A DNA stretch of 40,795 bases from a virus. Lineage: Duplodnaviria; Heunggongvirae; Uroviricota; Caudoviricetes. Within the stretch, counting starts at the first letter, position 1. Each line of letters starts with the position of its first letter. The notes below the pieces were generated by a model, which saw only the letters and a list, made by a program, of their open reading frames with translations, did no database searches and was not told the origin of the DNA. The position numbers and the translations under genes were made by a program. Positions 19,545 through 27,821 of this stretch are shown here, one piece after another. The stretch spans positions 1 to 40,795 of IMG/VR virus record IMGVR_UViG_3300021399_000116; one strand, 5' to 3'.

Positions 19545-19573
19545 TTACTACATTAGTAAAGGAAGTATGACAG

Positions 19574-20072
19574 ATGAGTAGTAACAAGTCTGCGAAAGAA
19601 GCTCTAGAAAGAAGATATGGAGCTGAATGTTTTATAGAAAAGTTACACCTTAGAAAAGACGAAAAACCTAGAAAATATACTTCTAAACGGGCAGAAGAAA
19701 AAGATGAAGCAATTAACATATCATCATATAAGAGAGAAAAGAAATGGAGGTAAAGCAACTATAGAAAATGGAGCTTTACTTTCGGCAGAAAATCACTCTT
19801 GGTTTCATAAACAAAGTGAAGCTGCTCAAGGATATATGAATGCTATGTTTCAGGAATACAAAAGACAAGTAGATGAAAGTACAGAGTGTATAGTAAAATT
19901 TGTAGATGATTTAGAGACAGATTATGAAATTAAAGTTACAGACATAGCCTTTGATGAGAAAGGTAGACTACTTTCAGAAGAAAAGAAAGAAAAATATAAC
20001 AGAGCAGCTAAAAAGAGAGAAGATAGAAAATTAGCTGAAGAATATTATAAAGGAGAGGATATAGAACTATGA
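19574..20072 (+). CDS. HNH endonuclease, interrupted by a +1 shift at 19688
   Basis: ATG 19574 frame MSSNKSAKEALERRYGAECFIEKLHL...KYTSK joins, after skipping C19688, GQKKKMKQLTYHHIREKRNGGKATIENGALLSAENHSWFH (HH..GG...N...H). Confidence 0.75.
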
Positions 20073-20749
20073 GAAGAACTATTAGACTATTAGAAAAACA
20101 AGAAGTTTTAAATCCTAAGTTGTTCAAAAATCAAAAGCTTATTCCAGAAGTAAGAGACCATTTACTGGCTATAGCTCAAGAGTTTTTAGACCATTTTACA
20201 ATAGAAATATTAGTAGATGATATAGATATAATAGGTTCTAATGCAGGATATAATTATAAGTCTAAATCTGACATAGATTTACATGTTGTAACAGATTTTA
20301 CTCAATATCCAGCTGATGTAAATATCATAGATGAATTATTCAATGCTAAGAAAAATAATTTTAATAATAATTATGATATTACTATTAAGGACATGGAAGT
20401 AGAACTTTATATAGAAGATAAAAATCATCCAGCAGAAACTAACGGTAGATATTCTATAAAAACTGATGAGTGGTTACAAGAACCTACTTATATAGAAGAA
20501 CCTCCTGTAAATAAAGATTTAGTAGAAGAGTGGACAAATAAAATAGAAGAGACTGTTAAAACTAAAGATTTAACTAAGATTGACTCTTTAATAGATGAAA
20601 TATGGGATTTAAGAAAATTAGACGTTAAAGATTATGGCTTTACAGGAGAATTTAATTTAGTGTTTAAAGCTTTAAGAGCGAGAGGACTATTAGATAAATT
20701 AAGAAAAACTAAGATGGAGGTAACTTCTGAAGAATTAAGTTTAAAATAG
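20069..20749 (+). CDS. Pol-beta-superfamily nucleotidyltransferase with class C leader
   Basis: IIGSNAGYNYKSKSDIDLHVV (GS...DxD) and third acid in DMEVELYIED; leader MRRTIRLLEKQ. Confidence 0.85.
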   Translation: MRRTIRLLEKQEVLNPKLFKNQKLIPEVRDHLLAIAQEFLDHFTIEILVDDIDIIGSNAGYNYKSKSDIDLHVVTDFTQYPADVNIIDELFNAKKNNFNNNYDITIKDMEVELYIEDKNHPAETNGRYSIKTDEWLQEPTYIEEPPVNKDLVEEWTNKIEETVKTKDLTKIDSLIDEIWDLRKLDVKDYGFTGEFNLVFKALRARGLLDKLRKTKMEVTSEELSLK

Positions 20750-20767
20750 TAGAAAGGAGAGAATTAG

Positions 20768-21931
20768 ATGAAACATTTAACAGAAAAATCAAGTTCATTG
20801 AAATTATTTCAAAAATTAAATGAGGGTACTAAATACAAAAGAATTTCAAGATTTAATGAATTTGATAATGGCTATGTTTTTCATAGCTGGAATGAGTGGA
20901 CAGATGAAGAAGCTGAAGAACAAGCAAGACAAGCTTCTATAAAAGACCCTACAGATGTTTATTATGTACAATATGATGATGTAATGAATCCTAATTCTGG
21001 AATATACTGGTATAAAGGAAACTCATATTCTTATGAAAAAGTTAATGAACTTCGTAAGAAAGATAAAGAAATAAATTTGGAAAAACAAAAACAAAAAATT
21101 TTAACAAATATTTTTGCACTTTATCCTGATATCTCAGAAGAAGATGAAGATTATTTAATCAGTCTAGATTTACTTTCTTTAAAAGATGAAATCAAAAATA
21201 GAGGATGGACAGATGCTTTAGAAGAAGGTTTAAAAGAAGATTCATTAAATTCAGGGATTATTCAACTTTATATGAATACTTGGGGTAATTATAATGAACG
21301 TGGAGCAGATGTAGAAAATATAAATGGTGGTTGGATGGATATAGACCAAGCAAAAGAATTTTTAGAAGCTCATAAAGATGAAGAACCATTTATTAATGAT
21401 ACAGAGAATGTTCCAGGAGATTTAGATATTGATGAATATACTAACCCTTGGGAAGCTATAGAAGAATTAGAATATATTGAAAACTCAGATGATAAAGATG
21501 CTCTTATAGCTATCATAGAAAGTACTGGAGATTTTGAAAATGCAAAAGAAATTTATGAAAGTGGTGATTATACATTTTTCCCTGGAGTAGAAGATGATGA
21601 GGAACTAGGAAGGGCTTATGTAGAATTAGTTGGTGGATTAGATGGAGTTAATAATGTAGGAAACTATATTGATGAAGAAGCTTACAAAGAAAGTTGGAGA
21701 GAAGCAGCTGAACAAGATATTAGAGAGAATAACCCAGATTTAGATGAAAATAGTGATGAATTTGAAGATGAAGTAAATAACTGGCTAAATGGAGTTGCTA
21801 TGGAAGAGTTAGAAAATGAAAAAGAAGCTGGTAATGATTTATCAGAATATTTTGACTATGAGGCTTTTGGTAGAGATTTAGATTTTGAAGGATATTTCTT
21901 CGCATCTACTGGAGCTATTCAAACTAATTAG
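20768..21931 (+). CDS. ardA: ArdA-like antirestriction protein (C-terminal ~225 aa) fused behind a class B leader and extra domains
   Basis: LYMNTWGNYNE...GGW, IDEYTNPWE, DDEELGRAYVELVGGL, YFDYEAFGRDLDFEGYF; very acidic. Confidence 0.85.
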   Translation: MKHLTEKSSSLKLFQKLNEGTKYKRISRFNEFDNGYVFHSWNEWTDEEAEEQARQASIKDPTDVYYVQYDDVMNPNSGIYWYKGNSYSYEKVNELRKKDKEINLEKQKQKILTNIFALYPDISEEDEDYLISLDLLSLKDEIKNRGWTDALEEGLKEDSLNSGIIQLYMNTWGNYNERGADVENINGGWMDIDQAKEFLEAHKDEEPFINDTENVPGDLDIDEYTNPWEAIEELEYIENSDDKDALIAIIESTGDFENAKEIYESGDYTFFPGVEDDEELGRAYVELVGGLDGVNNVGNYIDEEAYKESWREAAEQDIRENNPDLDENSDEFEDEVNNWLNGVAMEELENEKEAGNDLSEYFDYEAFGRDLDFEGYFFASTGAIQTN

Positions 21932-21944
21932 AAAGGAGCATTAA

Positions 21945-22247
21945 ATGAAAATCTTAAATGAAAATGTTTCTAAAAATATAATAAATATATTAAAAGAAGC
22001 AGAAGATGTTAATATAGAAGATGAACTACAAGTAAATCTTGAAGAACTAGCATACTATAATAATTGGTCAGAGAATAGATTAGATAATTATATTAAGAGA
22101 ATAGAAAAAAAGTATAATATAAGATGTGGTTATACATGGCAAGTAGGTCCTAAAGAAAACTTAATAGACTGGTTAAAATCTTTGAAGTTTGAGGAACCAA
22201 TAGAAGAAATATATAAAGCTGCTAAAGCAGGTGACTTAAGTTTTTAA
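21945..22247 (+). CDS. putative internal head protein, class A leader
   Basis: MKILNENVSKNIINILKEA. Confidence 0.7.
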   Translation: MKILNENVSKNIINILKEAEDVNIEDELQVNLEELAYYNNWSENRLDNYIKRIEKKYNIRCGYTWQVGPKENLIDWLKSLKFEEPIEEIYKAAKAGDLSF

Positions 22248-22267
22248 ATAAGAAAGGAGATAATGTT

Positions 22268-22981
22268 ATGAAACATTTAACAGAAAAATCAAATACATTA
22301 AAACTTTTTAATAAATTAAATGAAGGAGTAGATAAAATTGCTCAAGCTAAAGAAATTATGGCTTCTTTAGGTATAAATGAAATATATTTCTCAGATGAAC
22401 ACAAACCTAGTAGAGAGTATGATACTAGAATACCTAATGCATATAAGTATGTAGATTTTTATGGTTATGCTAGTATAAGTCATAATACTCTCGGTAATTT
22501 TTATATCTCATATAAAATTGGAGGTAGAAAAAATATAATAGATGCTTCTGGATTTCCTTGGGAAGGAATAGAGAAAGATACTACAGAAGAACAAAAATCT
22601 TTTATAGAGAATAATTACGAAGCTTTATCTGAGTTATTTATACTTTGCAGAGGACAAGTCAGTGTTTCATTAAATGAAAGCATAGAACCTAGCAATTTAG
22701 AATTAGATGAAAATGGACTTCCAGTTTTAGATGCTCCATATTATATGCAATGGTTAGATGATAATGATTGGGATGAAGGTATTTATTATATAACAAGCGC
22801 ACATCCATATAATGATGCAGATTATAGTTATGCTTATTCTAAAGAACCAGACTATACAGGATATTGGAATGTATACAATTCAAACAGAAAGTTAGCTGGA
22901 ACAGTAGAAGGTTATGAAGAAGCAGTAAAATTGATGAAAGAGTTAGACAAAAATGTAGAACCTAGAATGATGTATAATTAA
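22268..22981 (+). CDS. putative internal head protein, class B leader, two domains
   Basis: MKHLTEKSNTLKLFNKLNEG; internal VSLNES before an acidic, aromatic second domain. Confidence 0.7.
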   Translation: MKHLTEKSNTLKLFNKLNEGVDKIAQAKEIMASLGINEIYFSDEHKPSREYDTRIPNAYKYVDFYGYASISHNTLGNFYISYKIGGRKNIIDASGFPWEGIEKDTTEEQKSFIENNYEALSELFILCRGQVSVSLNESIEPSNLELDENGLPVLDAPYYMQWLDDNDWDEGIYYITSAHPYNDADYSYAYSKEPDYTGYWNVYNSNRKLAGTVEGYEEAVKLMKELDKNVEPRMMYN

Positions 22982-22995
22982 AGGAGTAAAATAAG

Positions 22996-23370
22996 ATGAA
23001 AAGAACTATTAAGTTAGTAGAATGTGCCAATTTCAAAGTATTTAAAGATGAAAAAGAAATAGAAGATGAGTTTGATGAGAAGGCATATAAATTCTATGAC
23101 AATGAGATAGACCATAATATAAATTATATAGGAGATATGAAGGCTGGTAATTGTAAACAAAACTCATATTTAGCTAAAGAAAATGACCCTGAAGATAATC
23201 CAGAAATTTATTTAGGTTATATAGTAATGAAAGACAAATCAGGAAAACTATGTGGAATAAGACATTATTTTAATGTAAACAATGGATTAGTAATGGAACA
23301 TACACCTGTTAGAGATACTCAGTTATATAAGTCAGGAGAATTACAATATTATATAGGAGAAGAAGTATGA
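22996..23370 (+). CDS. putative internal head protein, class C leader; possible Cys-His (papain/transglutaminase-fold) enzyme
   Basis: MKRTIKLVEC; AGNCKQNS...LGYI...RHYFNV...VMEHTP. Confidence 0.55.
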   Translation: MKRTIKLVECANFKVFKDEKEIEDEFDEKAYKFYDNEIDHNINYIGDMKAGNCKQNSYLAKENDPEDNPEIYLGYIVMKDKSGKLCGIRHYFNVNNGLVMEHTPVRDTQLYKSGELQYYIGEEV

Positions 23371-23895
23371 TTACAGTTTTTACAGGACCAATGTTTTCAG
23401 GAAAAAGTAGTAAATTGATAGAAGTATATTCAAATAAATTTTATAATGGTAGAGTCTTAGCTTTTAAACCCGCTAAAGACAAAAGAGATAAAACTAAAAT
23501 AAAGTGTAGACAATACTCTTTAGAAATAGAAGCTACAGTAATTTCTACTTTTGAAGATATTTTAAAACATTTACAGCCTGATTGTAAAGTTATTTTAATT
23601 GATGAAGCTCAATTTCTAACTGGAGACCCTAGAATTTTATTAGATTTATCTCTATTAGATAATTATGAAATTTATGTAGCTGGATTAGCTTTAGACTCAG
23701 AGCAAAGAGGTTTTGGAAAATTTCCAGAGTTAATTACTCTAGCAGATAAAGTAGAAAAAGTTTATGCTGATTGTTATTATTGTGGCAGAGAAGCTGAATA
23801 TACTAGATATTTAGAAAAGAAAGAAGAACAAATTTTAGTTCGGTTCTAAAGGTTACATTCCAGTGTGTAGACACTGTTTAAAGAAAGAAATTTAA
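23367..23895 (+). CDS. tdk: thymidine kinase (type II), interrupted near the C-terminus by a +1 shift at 23841
   Basis: TGPMFSGKS, ILIDEAQF, VAGLALDSEQRGFG, CYYCG; skipping C23841 restores QILVGSKGYIPVCRHCL with the second Zn-binding CxxC. Confidence 0.9.
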
Positions 23896-23913
23896 TCTAT
23901 ATTTAGAGAAACT

Positions 23914-23945
23914 AAGCTTCAGAATGACTTCTGAGGCTTTTTCTA
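23914..23945 (+). terminator. intrinsic terminator, CTCAGA family copy 2
   Basis: AAGCTTCAGAA-TGAC-TTCTGAGGCTT plus TTT. Confidence 0.75.
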
Positions 23946-24069
23946 TGCATTCTAATAGAATATTATATCTACGCGCTAGTAAAACTTGCACTTTTTACCT
24001 TTTATTTATATACAATATTAGAAGAAGCTATATCGAGTTAGCTTCAAAAATTTAGAAAGGAGAATGAAA

Positions 24070-25476
24070 ATGATAATTGACAGTTTAGCATTAAAAGAAG
24101 CAGATGCACTTATCAAAAAACATGAGTCTATGATAAATGCAGTAGATAATGCTTTAAAAGAATCAGCATCATTTGAAGCTATGGATTCTAACAAGAAAGC
24201 TAATTTAGCTATAATGTTAGAAAATGTTAGCAATCAAATCGAAGCTAAAGCTCCAAGAGTATTAACAGAGTCTGGAACACAAGTTGTAGACATTGCTAAG
24301 AAAATGGAATACTTAAATTTAACAGCTGCTATTATGCCAACATTAGTTGCTGAAGATATAGTTTCTGTACAAGCTCAAAAACAAAAAGCTGCTACAGCAT
24401 TCTATATAAAATATGAATATGGTTCTAACAGAGGAGCTATAAAAAGAGGAGATAGAATTTCTGATTTTATGCAAGTAGGACCAGATGCAGATAAAATACC
24501 AGCTGCATTCAATTATTCAGCAGAAACTATTGATGGAGAAGAAGTTGTACAAGATGAAACAACAGGAAACTTTGTTTTAGCTTGGAAACCAGTTGTTCCT
24601 GGAACAGTTAACTTCTTAGTAGGTGGAGCTGAATACAAAGATAATGGTGAACAAGCCATTGTTGATGATTCAAATGCTGAAGTTGGAACTATCGACTACA
24701 CTACAGGTGTTGTTGAATTTACAAGTAAAGTTGAAATAGATGATGCTACAGTAAACTATGCTCAAGATTTAACAATTGCTCCAGTAGATGTACCAGAAGT
24801 TAAAATGGAAGTTAAAGAAGTAGTTATGGTTGCAAAACCAAGAAAATTAAGAGGAGGATTTTCTTTGGATGCTGCTTTTGATTTAAGTGCTACTCAAAAC
24901 ATTGACCTTCAATCATTACTTCAAAATTTAAAAGTTGATGAAATAAGAAGTGAAATTGATGGAGAAATAATGAACGACTTATTAAATACAGGAACAGGAA
25001 TGCAAGTTACATTCAACATTGCAGTACCTTTCGGTATTACTAAAGTTGACCATTATGATTCATTAATGCAAACACTTATCCAAGGTGCTAACAAAGTTAG
25101 AACAAAAACTAGAAGAATTACTCCTAACATCTTAATAGTAGGTGAAACAGGAGCAAATATTCTAGAGTCTATGACTAAGTTCAAACCAGCTGCATCTTTA
25201 GGAAGTGCTGGACCTCACATTCTTGGAACATTAGCTAACAGATTCTTATGTGTATACTCTCCATACTATCCAGCTGATAAAGCTGTTATAGCATACAGAG
25301 GAGACGTTATAATTGATACTGGATATATTTATGGTCCTTATATGCCAATTATAGCTACTCAATACATAATGGGAGCTGACTTTTATGGTGACCAAGGTGT
25401 GGCTACAAGTTATTCAAAGAAACTTGTATGTAAAGACTTCTATTGCAACTTAACATTTACAAATGTTACAGTTTAA
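24070..25476 (+). CDS. major capsid protein, T4 gp23-like
   Basis: DIVSVQAQKQKAATAFYIKYEYG (cf. gp23 GVQPMxGPTGxVFAxRxxY), KPRKLRGGFSLDAAFDL, EIRSEIDGEI, GTLANRF, GYIYGPYMP; propeptide ending VLTES; ATG 24070 fits SD AAAGGAG better than 24064. Confidence 0.9.
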   Translation: MIIDSLALKEADALIKKHESMINAVDNALKESASFEAMDSNKKANLAIMLENVSNQIEAKAPRVLTESGTQVVDIAKKMEYLNLTAAIMPTLVAEDIVSVQAQKQKAATAFYIKYEYGSNRGAIKRGDRISDFMQVGPDADKIPAAFNYSAETIDGEEVVQDETTGNFVLAWKPVVPGTVNFLVGGAEYKDNGEQAIVDDSNAEVGTIDYTTGVVEFTSKVEIDDATVNYAQDLTIAPVDVPEVKMEVKEVVMVAKPRKLRGGFSLDAAFDLSATQNIDLQSLLQNLKVDEIRSEIDGEIMNDLLNTGTGMQVTFNIAVPFGITKVDHYDSLMQTLIQGANKVRTKTRRITPNILIVGETGANILESMTKFKPAASLGSAGPHILGTLANRFLCVYSPYYPADKAVIAYRGDVIIDTGYIYGPYMPIIATQYIMGADFYGDQGVATSYSKKLVCKDFYCNLTFTNVTV

Positions 25477-25516
25477 TAGTTAGAGTGCCAACCATTTAAG
25501 AATATATTATTGTTGA

Positions 25517-25565
25517 TAAAATAGAGGAAAGTAAGTTTTAAATGACTTATACTTCCTCTATTTTT
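25517..25565 (+). terminator. terminator after the capsid gene
   Basis: AAAATAGAGGAA...AAGT-loop-ACTT...TTCCTCTATTTT imperfect long hairpin. Confidence 0.7.
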
Positions 25566-25591
25566 ATGTTAAACTTTACCATATATGCCTA

Positions 25592-25620
25592 TTTACATAT
25601 TTCATTAAATATAATATAAT
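25592..25620 (+). promoter_or_regulatory. sigma-A-like promoter of the free-standing endonuclease
   Basis: TTTACA-17 nt-TATAAT. Confidence 0.65.
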
Positions 25621-25645
25621 ATAATATAAATAGGAGATGATTGTT

Positions 25646-27022
25646 ATGAGAAAAATAGAAGTAGATAAAGATTTATTATATCACTATTATATTGAAGAAA
25701 ATTTATCTATACAACAAACAGCAGATAAAATGAACATAGGAGCCAGAACTATACAAAGACACATAGATAAAAATAATTTTCATAAAACTCAAGAGCAAAT
25801 TAAATCTCAAAGAGAAGATGTAATGTTAAAGAAATATGGTGTAATAAATGCTTATCAAAGTGAAGAGATTAAAAAGAAAATTAAGACTAGGACTAAAGAA
25901 ACTCTTCAAAGAAAGTATGGTGTTTCTCATAATTTTCAATTAGAAAGTTTTAGAGATAAAATTTCTAAAAAGAAAAAAGAAAATTACTTTATTCATCTTG
26001 AAATAATAGAAAGTAAATATACCTTATTAAAATGGATAGAACAATTCAAAGAGGAGAAAAAGAGAAAACCTACATATATTGACCTACAGCTGTATTTGGG
26101 ATGTGCTTATACTACAGTATGTGCTATTATTGGTAGGTTTAAAGTTAAAAGTTACTTTAAGGTGATTCATAGTTATTTAGAATTTAGTGTAGAAGAATTT
26201 ATAAAAACATTGAATGTTAAATACATAAAGCATAATAGAAAAGAGATAAAGCCTTTAGAGTTAGATTTCTATTTTCCAGAGTATAAAGTTGCAATAGAAG
26301 TTAATGACATAGCAAGTCATAATTCTACTCTATCATATATGAAAAATAGTACACCTATTAACAAAGATTATCATGTGAATAAATCTAGACTATGTGAAGA
26401 AAAAGGAATAAGACTTATACATATATGGGAATATGAGTGGAACAATGAGAGACAAAAACCTATTTTAGAAAACATAATCAAAAATGCTTTAGGAATTAAT
26501 ACTAATAAAATATACGCTCGTAAGTTAGACATAGAAATTAGAGAGTCTAAATTAATGAGAGAATTTTTTGATACTAATAATATACAAGGTTTTAGAAGTG
26601 GGAAATTTGCTATATGTTTAGTAGATAAAGTTACTAAAGAAATTTATATGTCTTATATGATAGGCTCAGCATTTTTTGGGAAAGGAAAATATGAATATGA
26701 AGTTATTCGAGGGGCTACAAAGCTAGGATACACTGTAGTTGGTGGAGCTAGTAAAATTTGGAAATACTTTATAGATAATTATAATCCTCAAAGTTGTGTA
26801 TACTATATAGATTATAACTATTTTAATGGTAATAGTTTACCTTATTTAGGATTAAAATACATTACTACACAATTTAGTTATAAAAATTGGTGGGTAAAAG
26901 AGCAAGAAATAAAGAATAGAGAGCCAATGAGACACAAAGAAATAAAAGAAAAATATAAAAGCGGAGAAGTACTTCAAATCTATAATGCAGGGACTAAAGT
27001 TTATGTTTATGAAAATTTATAA
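25646..27022 (+). CDS. free-standing Hef-like / PD-(D/E)XK (Vsr/DUF559-type) homing endonuclease
   Basis: N-terminal HTH, KYGV repeats, ELDFYFPEYKVAIEVND..H, IRLIHIWEYEW, KIYARK, VVGGASKIWKYF; probable start ATG 25646 (SD GGAG). Confidence 0.75.
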   Translation: MRKIEVDKDLLYHYYIEENLSIQQTADKMNIGARTIQRHIDKNNFHKTQEQIKSQREDVMLKKYGVINAYQSEEIKKKIKTRTKETLQRKYGVSHNFQLESFRDKISKKKKENYFIHLEIIESKYTLLKWIEQFKEEKKRKPTYIDLQLYLGCAYTTVCAIIGRFKVKSYFKVIHSYLEFSVEEFIKTLNVKYIKHNRKEIKPLELDFYFPEYKVAIEVNDIASHNSTLSYMKNSTPINKDYHVNKSRLCEEKGIRLIHIWEYEWNNERQKPILENIIKNALGINTNKIYARKLDIEIRESKLMREFFDTNNIQGFRSGKFAICLVDKVTKEIYMSYMIGSAFFGKGKYEYEVIRGATKLGYTVVGGASKIWKYFIDNYNPQSCVYYIDYNYFNGNSLPYLGLKYITTQFSYKNWWVKEQEIKNREPMRHKEIKEKYKSGEVLQIYNAGTKVYVYENL

Positions 27023-27036
27023 AATATACCTAATAG

Positions 27037-27070
27037 AGTCTTCAGATTTAATTCTGGAGGCTTTTATTTT
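27037..27070 (+). terminator. intrinsic terminator, CTCAGA family copy 3
   Basis: AGTCTTCAGA-TTTAAT-TCTGGAGGCT plus T tract. Confidence 0.75.
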
Positions 27071-27078
27071 GTCATAAT

Positions 27079-27101
27079 ATATATTATATTAAGCAAATAA
27101 A
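27079..27101 (+). promoter_or_regulatory. candidate late-promoter motif (copy 2)
   Basis: ATATATTATATTAAGCAAATAAA. Confidence 0.45.
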
Positions 27102-27120
27102 TTTGAAAGGAGCTAAAATT

Positions 27121-27807
27121 ATGAGTACATTTAATGCAAGATTAAGTTTTAAAGGAGAAGGTGAATTAACAGTTACTTTACCAGTAATAGGACAAATTTC
27201 TATTTGGAATGGTAGAGATATTTATCTTAGAGGAGCTACTACAGAAATTATAGAAACTTTAAGACAATATAGAAGTATGCAACTAGAGCACACTTTAAAT
27301 GGAGAAATAAGAGGATGTTATAGAGTAATAGAAGTTGGAGCTATAGATAAAATACCTCAAAATGCTTTCAGGCCAGTAGCTGCTCCAAGAACAGAGCATA
27401 TAGCTAGTTTAAAAGCACAGATGTTGAAAGCTAATGAATTAACTCACTTTGATGAAGAAGTTTTAGAAAAAGCAAAGAAAGAAGAACCTAAGGTAGATAA
27501 TAAAGAGGAGGAAACTGAGAAAGTCGAAGAAGTTACTGAAGAAACTACTAAGGAGACTACTGAAAACACTGATAATACTGATGTTACTAATAATGTCAGT
27601 GATGATATAACAGAGAATGAAGAAAATACTAAACCAGAACTTTCTATGAATATAGAAGAAATCACTGTATCTGTAGGTAATCTAAGAGGTAAGAAAATCG
27701 GTGAATTAAATGCTAAAGAACTTAGAAAAGTTCTTAGATATTCTAAATCTGAAGTAGAGAGAAAAGCTGCAGAAACTGCTCTAAAAATAAAATTTCCTCA
27801 GAAATAG
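27121..27807 (+). CDS. hypothetical head-region protein with acidic E/T/N-rich linker
   Basis: Start moved to ATG 27121 (SD AAAGGAG); EEVTEETTKETTENTDNTD linker; small basic C-terminal domain. Confidence 0.75.
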   Translation: MSTFNARLSFKGEGELTVTLPVIGQISIWNGRDIYLRGATTEIIETLRQYRSMQLEHTLNGEIRGCYRVIEVGAIDKIPQNAFRPVAAPRTEHIASLKAQMLKANELTHFDEEVLEKAKKEEPKVDNKEEETEKVEEVTEETTKETTENTDNTDVTNNVSDDITENEENTKPELSMNIEEITVSVGNLRGKKIGELNAKELRKVLRYSKSEVERKAAETALKIKFPQK

Positions 27808-27821
27808 GAGGTAGTATATAA

